Shown piece by piece: positions 41,337 through 54,520 of a stretch of 64,000 nucleotides of DNA. The notes under the pieces are model-generated. The model was given only the letters and a program-made list of their open reading frames with translations, was not told where the DNA came from and did no database searches. This DNA is from Octopus vulgaris. Lineage: Eukaryota. The translations under genes were made by a program, and so were the position numbers. Location: NCBI GenBank assembly GCA_951406725.2, contig OX597820.1, forward strand, positions 50,530,001-50,594,000. Reading direction: 5' to 3'. Within the stretch, counting starts at the first letter, position 1. The number at the start of each line of letters is the position of its first letter.

Positions 41337-41380
41337 TTACAGTTGAAAAGGTCTCAAAATGACCGAAACCGGTACTGAAA
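41337..41380 (+). ncRNA. Minimal type I hammerhead ribozyme (right arm)
   Basis: TTACAG-TTGAAAA-GGTC-TCAAAAT-GACC-GAAA-CCGG-TA-CTGAAA: U3-A8 core, 4-bp helix II, loopless palindromic helix III, GUA triplet. Predicted cut after 41374. Confidence 0.8.
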
Positions 41381-41426
41381 TGTTCACTATAAAATTATTT
41401 TAGCATTTTCTATTTTTTACTTGTTT

Positions 41427-41477
<51 letters not shown>

Positions 41478-42586
41478 CACCCACCAACATATAGTGTGTA
41501 TATGTATGTATGTGTTAGTGTGTTTGCATAATCTGAGAGTAATTCGCACACACATAGATATATATATGAAGTATGCATATACTTATTTATGGTACCGATC
41601 GCACACCCACCTACACCTACATATATGTTTACGTAAGCAAGGCTATATGTTTGGTCGACATTGTCCATAAACATGCATTGCATTGCAGCAAAACACACCT
41701 ATAAACATGCTCGATACGCACGAATTCACAAACTTTTAGTTGTCTACCTACAAGAACATAAACATAACATAAAAAATCACACGAAACGTATATCATCAGT
41801 GTCAGTTTCATTCGCAGACACGTACACATGCACATATAGCACTCCAGTACATATACACGCTTCCAGCCATTTTGAAACAAAATACCAAGCTCACACATTA
41901 ATCTATATATTTTCTAATCATACGAACAAACAATACATATAACTGAGTAATAAAACACAAAATAAAATACATCAAAGCATACAGTCATTGAGTAGTGTTT
42001 ATCACACACGAGGGAAAATATTTTAAAACATATGCATACATAGGCATAAAATAAAAGACATTGAAATACATAAACGCGCAGAAAAATCCATCCATATATA
42101 AATACATTTGGGCGAGTTAGCAATACTCGTGTTGCAATACAAAGGAATGTGTAAGATCAAGGTTCGCTATTTTCGCATAGAAATATATGTAAATATACAC
42201 ATGTGTCAAATAAACCTCAGTTGATACTGGATGCCTTTCGAGGCCACAAACCCGCTGAAAACGAGAACAAATCACATTCATAAGTAACCCGTATATTTTA
42301 GAAATAGAAGTCTATGTTACATAGGAAAATGTGGTTCAGAACATTTGGTGATTCAATTGTAGACACGATGGCGATAACTGAAATAAGGCTAGATAAGCTA
42401 GAGCAAGACTAAACTTCAGTTAAATCTCAATAACAACAGAGAGTAAAATAATGTAATTCATAAATCCTAGAAAAAATATGCACACAGACATACTCACACA
42501 TGCACATTCATATTCACAGAAATGCACACACACATACTGACACACACACAAACACAGACACACAAAGATATATAATATAAATACTC

Positions 42587-42639
<53 letters not shown>

Positions 42640-42740
42640 ACTTATAAAGAAAGGCAAAAGTAAATTATTTTAATATGCTGCCACTTTTTTGCTGAATTTT
42701 TTTTTCTGTAAAAACAATTCATCCTATATTAGTATATATA

Positions 42741-42776
<36 letters not shown>

Positions 42777-43330
42777 TGTATGTATGTATGTATGTATGTA
42801 TGTATGTATGTATGTATGTATGTATATGTATATATATTGGAAAGTCGATGATGATTATCTAATACAGTTTTGAAGTGTAAAGTTGATCTTTTTTATAAAT
42901 AATTTAAAAAAACAATGTTACGAAATCGTTTACCATGATTTTTTTTGGGAACAACTTTTTTAGTGTGTGAGCGTTTTCGTTTAACCTTTTCAAACACACA
43001 TACACACGCATGCACACACACGCACGCATGCATACACACAAACGCATGTATACATACACGCGCATGCACATACACACACACGCATGGTCAGCGGATCATA
43101 TATCCGAAAAAGAATACCACTTTAAAAAGTAGAACAGTAATGTATTTATATAAATTTCAGTATCTGTCTAATCACAGTGTGACCAATTGCTTTGCATCCT
43201 TAAGCACTTAGCTTTATACACGCCTCACAGCCATTAGTCTCTGACGAGTGGTGTATAAAGTTAAACACTTTATGCATGCAAATCCATTGGTCACTCTATG
43301 ATCGTTCATATAGTTAACTTCGTGTGGATA

Positions 43331-43401
<71 letters not shown>

Positions 43402-45089
43402 ACACACACTTGTATATATGCATGCATGAACATTAGACAAGATGGAACACGTAGTTTCATTGGATGAAAATGGATTGCTCATAACTGAATGACTTCGGGC
43501 ATTGGGTTGCTCATTCAAAGTTAATCTTTAAATTTCAAATATACAAAAACGACATAGTCACTAATACAACAAACAACACACAACATTCACTCACACAGAA
43601 CTTACGTGATGCATAAACAGAGCAAAGCTTACTCACACTCACACAATCACACATGCTAATGTACAGGGAATCGCTCCTGTACTAAAATACATCCATGATA
43701 CAAGACATATACAGACACAAAGCATTCATCTTGACAGACACCAATGGAAAACAATTATTTACACACAAAATACACACGGAACAACAATGCATATTGTTTA
43801 AACAGCCAAAATACGGAGTACACTCGCATACAGAACAGACAAAAGAACTACGATAATCAACAATGCAATCGTGCATACACACATACACACATATATACTC
43901 ACACAGATTCAAGTGCACGCACACAATACAGAGTACTTACAACGAGAGGGAAAAATAGGTTCAGGTAATTAAGCATACACGCATACATACACATAAAATA
44001 AGAATTACAGCCATAAATAGAACAGCGTCAGGTTTCTCTGTATGCATACGGAACATTGATTGCAAACAGAACACATATTCATAATACACGCACAAGTGCG
44101 GCTACAAACACGTAAAGAGACACGCATACATGAATATTACACGTGATTAGGAACAATGTGTCGAAGAGGCATCGATAAGTCTCCTGCCACCTACGACAAA
44201 TAGAAGTCAAATTTCCCTCAAACATAAGAAACACTCTACCTTTCATATACAATAGATAATGCAGTATTTGATATACAACGAAAGCGGCAAAATCCAAGCC
44301 AGATCGTCAGTGACCTTAGACTTGCCTATCATGAGTTGAATTGGGATTAAAATATCTTACAAATCACAGACACTCATCTATATTACAGCGAGGTAGAATC
44401 TCATGGCATAATTATTTTGACCAGGCGTAGACAATATACGTTTTACATATCCATTAGGTACATATCGTATCAAACACAATGAAACACACTACCAAAAGTT
44501 GTAAACGATATAAATTTCACACCTACATGAGAGAGAGAAGGGGGTAGAAGGAGAGAGAGAGAGAGATGAAAATGCTTTATGTTCTCTTGGTTCGTTGATA
44601 CATACTCGCACATATGCGCACAAATATATTATGGTAACCAAGTAGACAGCCTCGCGCATTAATTTATACTACTGACAGAAAAAAACCCCAGACACTGATG
44701 AATACATAATTTAAAGTCAGGAAATCTCACACATGCATGCAATCAAGTATACACTCATCTATACATACATACACATGCAAATATCAAATTCGATAAATTC
44801 GCACACTGACGGACGAGCACATATTCACTGACACGATGTGGAAGTTAGCTATACACCCACGTGCAAATGTATAAAGGAAGACTTAGGAATGGCGGTTAGC
44901 ATTACATACACACACTCTCATAGAGATAGCACATAGTCACACAAAGAACCGGAAGTATTAGAATCCTGGTGGACAGTGGGGGAAGGAAGAACAATTAATT
45001 GAAATGAAATGTTCATTAACTAATTGACAGATTAATAACAATAAAAATAACAAAGCAAAGAAAAAAAATCAAACAATTAAAGGAATGTG

Positions 45090-45327
45090 TATATGGTGGT
45101 GGTGGTGGTGGTGGTGGTGGGGTTAATAAATATCTGAGGGAGAAAACAAAGGGGATGATGTTGCAGCTTGTGATGCTGCTGCTGCTGCTGCTGCTGCTGC
45201 TGACTGTTATGTTGTCTCTGGTTGTGATGATGATGATGATGATGATAGTGATGGTTCTGGTGATAATGAGGATTATGATTAAAAAATAGGTGAGTGAGTT
45301 ACAATAACAACGAAAATGGTGTGGAAA

Positions 45328-45366
<39 letters not shown>

Positions 45367-45581
45367 GTGATAATGATGACGACACAGACGACGACTACGA
45401 TGACGGTGATGGTAATAGTGGTGATCATGAAGATGATGACGACGACGATGTTGATGATGATGATGATGATGATGACGACGATGGCGACGAGGTTCATGAT
45501 CATGATATCTGCAACCATGAAGGTAGTTGAATTGGAGCGGAAGTGATGGCTGTGCGGTTGTTCATGATGAGGCCATAACAG

Positions 45582-45618
<37 letters not shown>

Positions 45619-45697
45619 CACTGTTGGTTCGTTAATCAGGATAATGATGATTGCTCTAAAAATGGTGATAACGCTTTTCAAATAACTGACGACGATA

Positions 45698-45730
<33 letters not shown>

Positions 45731-45735
45731 TTGCT
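45090..45735. repeat. (GGT)n/(GCT)n/(GAT)n trinucleotide cluster
   Basis: Direct inspection. Confidence 0.9.
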
Positions 45736-46155
45736 AATGTAGCTGGGATTTTGATTTCAAATATATTAATAACGGAATCATGTTTATAACGTTCATTTCA
45801 CTTCGGAAATATACTACGAAAACGGTGATAAACGTAAAGAAGATGACAAGAACTGCTGAGCGTATATTTCTTGGTATCAGTTACCAGTATTAACCGCTTG
45901 AACGACAAAAGTCCTCCATAATTCTTTTAGTCACCCGCTTTTTTTTTGTCGTATATTTCGTTTGGTTAAGAAATGCAGAAATGGTTATATATTTGCATTA
46001 AGTTAATATTTGGTTTAGAGTTTTTTACACTAGCGAATGTCACAGCGAAGTGTTTCAGCAGTGAAAAGGAATGCTTTTAAGGGATTTATTTTCGAAAGCA
46101 CGGTCTACGCAGTTTCGCAATGGAGTTTACAACGCACACGCACGCAGACACACAC

Positions 46156-46190
<35 letters not shown>

Positions 46191-47599
46191 ACACATATTC
46201 GCAAACTCATGTATATACGTATACACACATATATATATATATGTATGTCTGTATATATGTATAGATACATACATACATGCACACACACACGTGTGTGTGT
46301 GTAAACAGAGTTAGTGGTTATAATAAGCGACTAAGGGATAACATATTCGTATGTACTATCGGTATCCCTTAAATGTGTTTTCCCCGGGCATTGGGGTGCA
46401 GGCACACTATGCACGTAGAGTGCAAGTAATGACAGGATAAACAAGGATTTAACAGGAAACAAATAAAAATAATCAGAAACTGGAGTAAACCTCAGATTAA
46501 TAAGCACATCGATTAGACCACATTCATAGCTTATTCTTTTAACACAAATCATGACGTAACAAAGCTTACGGCTATTTCTGCATCCGTTTGTAAACGCTGC
46601 CTATAACTATTTGCGAAAATAAAAATCTTCATCTTCATAGGACATTCGAATTAAGGCACGAAGCTTTATCAGAGTAAAAAACAAGACCATCCAATATAAA
46701 CCAAGGGAAGAAGGAATAGGGAAGAAAACATGGCCTAGAAATGAAGTCTAGTAGCCCAATATATTAAAAACATATAATCTACCATGTTGTGGCTACGAGG
46801 TCCGTAACGTAAATGATCGAGGTAATAATGATCTAAGGAGTACCACAAGTGTGGGACAATATGTTTCAAAATTCACGAAAAGAAGTTATCAAAATAAAAA
46901 AAATAATACAAGCAAATTTACTGACATGATTATCAATGGGGAGTACTTATGCTAACGAAGTAAACGCAAGCAAAATGTATCCAGAACATTACCGTAGGGT
47001 GCTTAAGAAAATGTACTCATAGAAATATTAACATGAATCCCACCTATGGTACACAATGCGGCAAATCTAATTCCAGCGGTCTCTACAAATGATCAGTTGA
47101 AATTTGTATCGAGGTCGCAAGTTAAAACTGTTACAATGGATATGTCAATAAAAATAAATCAGAAAAGATAGTGTCCGGGGGAAGAAAACAATGATATAAG
47201 TGCTGCTTGGCCGTTTATGTCCTTCAGGAACTTAACCTTATAACATGCATTATGGAACTGTCAAAGAATAAATAGCCTCGGGTTATAGTTAAGGGGAGGC
47301 AATTACCACAGATAATACAGCAACTCATTGAGTTACTAAGAAATGGATTTGGAATTAACATCATATATAGTGAACTGTGGTAATAATTTGATATAAACAG
47401 GTACGCAAGAAATATCTATCTTATAGTTACACTACAATGCACAAATAAAAATCACTTACAATTAGGCGGTTAATATTTAAGACCAAATCACATGTTAGTT
47501 ATAATCAATTAATGAAAGTCACAAGTTTCTACATTATACTAAATATGCTTAATAAGCATTACTTAATCATTAAAGCTAGATAGTTCCTATTATAATATA

Positions 47600-47995
47600 C
47601 TAGCAGTATCGCCCGGCGTTGCTCGGGTTTGTAAGGGACATAACTATAAAGCATTTTTAGAGAGTTATAGCCAAAAAAAAGCAAAAAATGCATTAAAAAT
47701 GGGAAAAAAATATGGTAATTTTTTTCAAAAATCGTTGACTCATCGTAGACATTTTTAGAGAGTTACTTCCCTTATATACTAGCGAAAAAATGCATTAAAA
47801 TGGAAAAAAAAATATGGTAAATTATTTTTTAAATCGTAGACTCTTCGTAGACGCGCGCTAATACCCAGAAGGGCTCGATATGAATCACGACTATAAGATA
47901 CCCGGTTTTGGTTAAACTGCACCGCAAAATGTGGGAGTAGTTAGGAATCTAAATCGTAGGAGACAGACACACAACTTCACTTTTATATATAAAGA
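47600..47995 (-). mobile_element. Non-autonomous Helitron
   Basis: Minus strand: A^TCTTTATATATAAAAG...CCCGAGCAACGCCGGG (hairpin) CGATACTGCTAG^T. 5' TC, 3' CTAG, AT target, no TSD. Confidence 0.85.
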
Positions 47996-48524
47996 TATCA
48001 TTAAAAAGAGTATGTTGGCACTATATAGGTCCACTGGCAAATTAGTATTTTGAGTAAAGTTTCTTTCATTCAAACAAATTACTAAACATACTTCAAAACC
48101 AATAAAAACTACCGTAAGATTAGAATGAAATACTAATTGAATTTAATAACTAAGAATTATTAACTAAAGGTATATTAACTTAAAGTGGCTGCAGAAAGTA
48201 CTATTACAATCAACAGTCTGTGCTTATATTACATTACCCTACAATTAGATTCTTCTTATCAATAAATCTAATAATCAAAAAATTATAACCTAATAATATA
48301 TTAACTCTAACTGGGTGCAGACATGCAATTTCAATCAATTGGCATCACTTACAGTTCTACATGGTATATCAATTTTTTACAAATATCTCCTGGTAAGTCC
48401 GGCTAACATAGTACAAAAACAAGCAGTCACGTACAATGTAGAGTGGAAGAAGCTGGACATAGAGTACAAAAATTTAAAGATGAAATAACATATAATATAA
48501 TCAAAATAAGTTGAATAAATCATA

Positions 48525-48752
48525 TTTCTTTACTACCCACAAGGGGCTAAACACAGACGGGACAAACAAGCACAGACACACGAATTAAGTCGTTTAGATC
48601 AACCCAAGTGCGTAACTGGTGCTTAAGTTATCGACCCCGAAAGGATGAAAGGCAAAGTCGACATCGGCGGAATTTGAACACAGAACGCAGCGGCCGACGA
48701 AATACCACAAAGCATTTCGCCCGGCGCGCTAACGTTTCTGCCAGCTCGCCGC
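48525..48752 (-). mobile_element. Short tRNA-derived SINE (second family), full length
   Basis: TCGACCCCGAAAGGATGAAAGGCAAAGTCGAC...GCTAACGTTTCTGCCAGCTCGCCGC. Confidence 0.85.
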
Positions 48753-49587
48753 AAACGTGGGGAAAATATTGTTCCTAAATAAGTAGGGCTATTAGTGTCC
48801 ACTTAAAGTGTGGGAAGGACAGTGAGTGGAGGAAAGAACAATAAGCTAGTAGTGAATTAAGTCTAAATTCCAGCAATTACCGACAAATACAGTCATGGTA
48901 TAAAATGTGCAAGAGGGTAAAGAAAGCCTCTGCTTAATTATAACCCGAGGCTACTTCCTCTTTGACCGTCCCATCATGCATGTTATAACGTTAAGCTGCT
49001 GTAGTACATAAGCTGTCATCGCCGCTGCTGCTGTTAATTATATTTATGTTGTTGATACTATTGTAGCCGTCCGGAAAATTTCTTGTGTATATGTTTCTGC
49101 TTGTCTATGGGTTCGCTTCGTATGTTGGATTTATTTATGTTATTTATATTTTATCTCCATTTCTCATATTTATCACACATATGTGGCAAAAATATATTTA
49201 TTTAATTATTTATATATTTATATATTTTGGTATTATTTTTATTTTTATCTTTATATATCTATGCGTATTTCGTATATGTATCACCGGTAAGTGCATATAT
49301 GTCTATAATATGTGAATGTGTGCATTATTTACGATTTTTTCCCTACCTCTTATCTTAACTTCTAACTTTTTGTCATACTGTTCCAATCGTGTTTTCTATT
49401 GAGCCTCGGTCTTTCTACTGCTTTGAGAGTAGCCTCTACGATCTGTCTAAGAGAAGAGAGAGAGGGAAAATAGTAAATTATACACATACGCATACAGAGG
49501 TAATACAAATGCAATACACATATATGCATTTACCTTCGTTACACATAAGAAATAGAGATAGATATATAAAATTTAAAATGATAAATA

Positions 49588-49619
<32 letters not shown>

Positions 49620-50700
49620 CATACATTATATATAAACATGTAAATAAATATATATGTCACATACCTTTGATAGATATAAGAAATAGACAGATAAAATATA
49701 CATAACAAATAAATAAATATAAAGTGTATGGATACAAACAACATACGAAGCGAAACCATACATACACACAAGCACACACAAAAGGTTTTACGGACGGCCA
49801 CAAAAATATCAACGATATATATAAAATCGACATCAGCAGCGCCTATGGCAACACTGGCAATAACAACAACAAGTACTACAACGATGGCAACACTGTGGTC
49901 GAATACACAATCGCAGAGAGATACAGAGACTGTGCCAAATGATTTGGGTCTGAAGGCAGAAGTAGCACAATGGGGTGAGAGGATGCGGCTGAAGGGGAGG
50001 CCATACTGCTACTAAGAACAGTGACACGCACACACACGCATACAAGCACACAAACAGAAACATGCACAGCCACACATGTATACATACACGGTGATGCAAA
50101 CGCATGCGCACATAAGGATACACTTCTTAGAAAAACAGAATGAACAACTGGAGCACGATCACACACGAAAACGAAAAGAGTCGCTGAAGATGTCACAGAA
50201 ATGCGACGAAAGATTCCTGGACAATGGGCATGAGTTACAATAAAAAAAATGACTATCCCGTAATACAACAATATATATATATCCATGAGTGTGCGTATGT
50301 GCGTTTGTGTGCATTTGTACGTGCGTGTGTAGTGTGTGTTTGTGTGCATGTGTGTGCCTTGTAAACTACTCCCAGTAACAGTAGATCGTGCTTTCGAACA
50401 TAAATTCCTTATATGGCATTACTCTTCCCAGTAGAAATACATCGTTTTGACATTCGCTATTGTAAAAACATTAAACCAAATATTAACTTAATGCAAATAC
50501 GTAACCATTTCTGCATTTGTTAACCAAACGAAATATAAGAAAAAAGGAAGGACGAAAAAGAATTATGGGTGATCTTTTTTGTTCAAGCAGTAATGAGTGT
50601 GAAAACTGATAACTGCTACCAAGACAATTGATATGAGTTAGAATAAAAGAAAATAAAAGCCAGTAATAGAAGATTGAAAAACAAAAATAGAGTGCATGTG

Positions 50701-50742
<42 letters not shown>

Positions 50743-51599
50743 TGTATGTGTGTGTCTGTGCATTTATATATACACATATAAAAGCAATGCATCCCTACGT
50801 TGCCCGGCTGTTATGACCTACAGCTACATTGTATTATTTGTTCCTTTCTTATGGACAGAATCGGCACAGTTGGTATATAGTGAACTGGAATACTGGTGTA
50901 ATGGAAGTTATTGTTTGTTTAGAAGTGAAGTGCGTTGGGGTTACAATTTGCGTGTGTTTGAATGTAAGTGCCTTCTGTTTTTAAGGAGGATCACAAACTA
51001 TGATTTGTTTCATCGTACAAAAGAGGTTAATATGATTTTGCTCAGAAATCACGTTTACAAAATTTTTATTTCTTCCCTTCCCCACGGCAATTTCTTTTCA
51101 AATTTTATCTTTTAATCCAGGTACAAAAATACAGAGATTAAGAGTCTGAGGAATTCATATACTTTGTAAAGTTGAATTTCTTAAAGAAATACTCAATACA
51201 CCTTCTACAACCTCGCCCACCTATCATCTACTCGCTTCCAAAATGCTATAAACTCCGAATGGTTTACATTTGTCAGATGTTTCACGCATGGGTATAATTG
51301 TAGTGAAATAGCAGACGTAAAAATTCCCATACCACCACCAGAAAACCCGACATGCTAGAAACATCAGGTAAACGACATTATTTCTGAAGAAAATTCTCCG
51401 CCTGCCAAAAATAAAAAATTGTGAGTTTGCATCTTTTTGAAACTGATGAGGTGATGGGTGGATGTTTGGGAAGGTCATTTTAGTGTTTATTTAAGAAAAG
51501 AGGAAGAAGAAAATTCTGAAAGATTCGTAATCACTGTTTCATTTTTCTTAGCTGATTAATATGCAAAAAAGTTTAGAAAGATGTGAAGTAACTGGATCA

Positions 51600-52770
51600 G
51601 GTGAGAGAAAATTAAAATATTAGCAACGTTTTTTTTTTCGTCTACAAACCAGAGATGGTCGATTTTTTTTATCTTCTAGCGATGAGTTGAACGACTGATT
51701 GAATGACCAAATCCAAGCTCCTTTGCTAGTCCATCAAAATTTATGATGGGATTTTTTTACCACCAGGGTTTGTAGGACGTCCTCGTCGAGCTCTACAGAT
51801 CATGCAGGACGTGGCACATCTTCTAAGCTGTAGCTTCCGGCTCGGAGTCTTTGGAAACACAGTTGAGCTGGTTTACGCTGAGGGTGCGGATTTCTTATTT
51901 TCCTGGTTTAAGACTAGATTTAGCATCCAGTCATCAGCGTTTTTCAGGTAAGTGTTTAGGCCAATGTAGTAAACATCGTTGTCAATTCCAGTAGTAAATT
52001 CCACTGCCAGTCACTTTTCTTGGCAGGTAAAGTCGTTCTATATCTGCCTTAAGTTGGTGAATTCTATTCACTGTCAACAATTTCCGTATTTTCTCTCAAG
52101 CTTACATATTTCTTTCATTGACCAGTTAATAATATTCAAAGGCGGCGACTTTGCAGAAACATTAGCACGCCAGGCGAAATGCTTAGCAATATTTCGTATG
52201 TTTTTACGTTCTGAGTTCAAATCCGCCGAGGCTCACTTTGCCTTTAATCATTTCAGGGTTGATAAATTAAGTACCAAGTGCGTACTGGGGTCGATCTAAT
52301 CGACTAGCCCCCTCTCCGAAAATTTCGGGCCTTGTGCCTTAAGCAGAAAAGAATGATATTGAAACTGTAAGTCACACCCGTTATGGCTAAAGTATTGATC
52401 GCTTCCATCCTGTTCAGTTCTTGCGTTCAGTTCTGTTTTGAGTATTGCTCTTACCCTGCAACAACATTCTTTTCTGATCTTTTCCTCTTCAATGAATGTT
52501 TAACTGCACCACCTTCAACTATCCTCAAGAATTTGTAGTTCTCCTCAGCTTCAAACACTTTTATGAAATTCTGTTGATCAAGTTTATTGTTAGATATGTC
52601 AACAATTTTCGTTCTGATAAAGGTAGCCTTTGCCCATTTAACTAGACCGAATTCCATCCTGATGTCATCACTGAACTGTTGTACTATTACTAGTAAGCCC
52701 TGTTGTTGCTGGTCATTTTTTGGAAAGATCTTAAAATTGCCCATGTAGAAAAAGTTGATTTATATTTTTA
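51600..52770 (-). mobile_element. R4/Dong-type RT and downstream fragment, interrupted by a SINE
   Basis: ORF 52451-52744 QQFSDDIRMEFGLVKWAK...YKFLRI; AINTLAI downstream. Confidence 0.8.
52140..52352 (+). mobile_element. Short tRNA-derived SINE (second family) nested in a LINE
   Basis: GGCGGCGACTTTGCAGAAACATTAGCACGCC...GAGTTCAAATCCGCCGAGG...CTTGTGCC. Confidence 0.85.
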
Positions 52771-52887
52771 TCAAATAATCTATAGCCACTTTGTACTTCA
52801 TCGTGAAATTTCGAAAGAGGTATCCTCCTCCTCCTCCTCCTCCTCCTCATCATCATCATCATCACCATCATCATCATCGTTTTTATT

Positions 52888-53446
52888 GTTGAGTGAGAGA
52901 GCAGTGCATGCCATCAAAATGACACTGGAGTAAAATATACGAAGCCCAGTATACCCATTATGATTCGCCATCTGATTAGGGTACACCAGTCACACGCATC
53001 ACAACAATATGTGCGCGAGATGGTGATCACATGTCAAGATAAACAGCGCATAACATTGCAGGTGGGGCCCAGTTAGAATTTTCTTCTGGTCGAGTAAACC
53101 ATTCCACTCAAAAGGTCCCTGAATAAGAGTTGTTTAAGGATGTTGAACAAAGCACCCATGTTTCCAGAGGTGAATTATTCAAACCCCAAAGAATCCCTCT
53201 CAACACATGGCTATGATGCTCTTCTACTATTTCTGCTCGTGATCAGAGATGCATATATCGTCAGCCAGTAAGGGACATGCTCAACTGGTTATGGTCAAAC
53301 AAACGACAAGCAAATCTGTGGTATTGAGCAGAATATTTGGTGTAGCCCATCTTTTATACCAAGACAAAACAATATACATGATAACACTTCCAATCAGCTA
53401 AGATCAGAAGCCACAAGAACCACTGCCTAGTACTGTATCGGGGCAT
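52888..53446 (-). mobile_element. ~550-bp (AAT)n-associated element, full length
   Basis: TTGAGTGAGAGAGCAGTGCATGCC...GGGGCA, flanked by (ATC)n and (ATT)n. Confidence 0.88.
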
Positions 53447-53489
53447 TTATTATTATTATCATTATTATTATTATTATTATTATTATTAC

Positions 53490-53995
53490 TTTTTTTTTCT
53501 TCTTTCAAATTTTCTTCCATTTCTTGCCGAGTGTCTTCCCGACTCCTAGGGCAAAGAAACTCATAGTGTATATTGGTAGGCCATTAAACCAAACTCAGTA
53601 GTTCGTTCATTTTTTTTTTTTTTTATTTTTTTTTTTTAAAGTTAAATTAAAATGCATGAGCAGCAACAGTTCTCACATCGACAATGCTCTTCTCAATACG
53701 TGTGATGTACCAGTTAAGACAATCTTTTGCACTTTTTGCAGGGATGGTAAGCCAGGGATCATTCTCATATAATTTTCGGTTCCCTTCTTGATCATTCCTA
53801 GTGCTCCTACGATCACTGGTATTGTAACCGCCTTGAGATGCCACATTTTCTCAATTTCAATGAGTAGGTCTTTATATTTTCTGAGCTTGTCAAACTCTTT
53901 CGCTGAGATATTATGATCACAGGGGATGCTCATGTCGATCAAAAAGCAAACTTATTATGAGCACAGGGGATGCTCATGTCGATCAATAAGCAAAC

Positions 53996-53997
<2 letters not shown>
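53490..53997 (-). mobile_element. Well-preserved 5'-truncated R4/Dong-type LINE 3' end in (ATT)n
   Basis: Open ORF 53673-53942 IDMSIPCDHNISAKEFDKLRKYKDL...IPVIVGALG...HVLRRAL; (ATT)n on both sides. Confidence 0.9.
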
Positions 53998-54245
<248 letters not shown>

Positions 54246-54339
54246 TTGTGGCTTTATGTTTTTTAGTAAATATTTCTTATCTTGGTTTCAATACGAGAGT
54301 TTTCCTCAGTATATTCAGCATAATTCTTGCTATTCAGTG

Positions 54340-54520
54340 GGCGGCGATCTGGCAGAAACGTTAGCACGCCGGGTTAAATGCTTAGACGTGTTTCGTCTGT
54401 CTTTACGTTGTGAGTTCAAATTCCGCCGAGGTCGAATCTGCCTTTCATCCTTTCGGGGTCGATAAATTACGTACCAGTGACCCACTGGGGTCGATCTAAT
54501 CGACTTAATCCCTTTGTCTT
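54340..54520 (+). mobile_element. Short tRNA-derived SINE (second family)
   Basis: GGCGGCGATCTGGCAGAAACGTTAGCACGCCGGG...GCCTTTCATCCTTTCGGGGTCGATAAA. Confidence 0.88.

Larger units (their letters stand above)
40818..41430. mobile_element. Palindromic non-coding PLE-derived element carrying two hammerheads, inserted in (TA)n
   Basis: Arms 40856-41134 and 41149-41430 are reverse complements apart from three 1-nt indels; 14-nt spacer; unique tail 40818-40847; (TA)n on both sides. Confidence 0.85.
47200..49025 (+). mobile_element. Old Penelope-like 3' fragment with inverted terminal arms, interrupted by a Helitron and a SINE
   Basis: Inverted ~95-bp repeats at ~47205-47300 and ~48925-49020; internal LSYS (~47416), HYIG (~48019) and LLINK fragments. 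Confidence 0.45.

Noticed and set aside
43236-43296. CTGACGA followed by a hairpin (hammerhead candidate)
   Set aside because: The GAAA box is incomplete and helix I does not pair.
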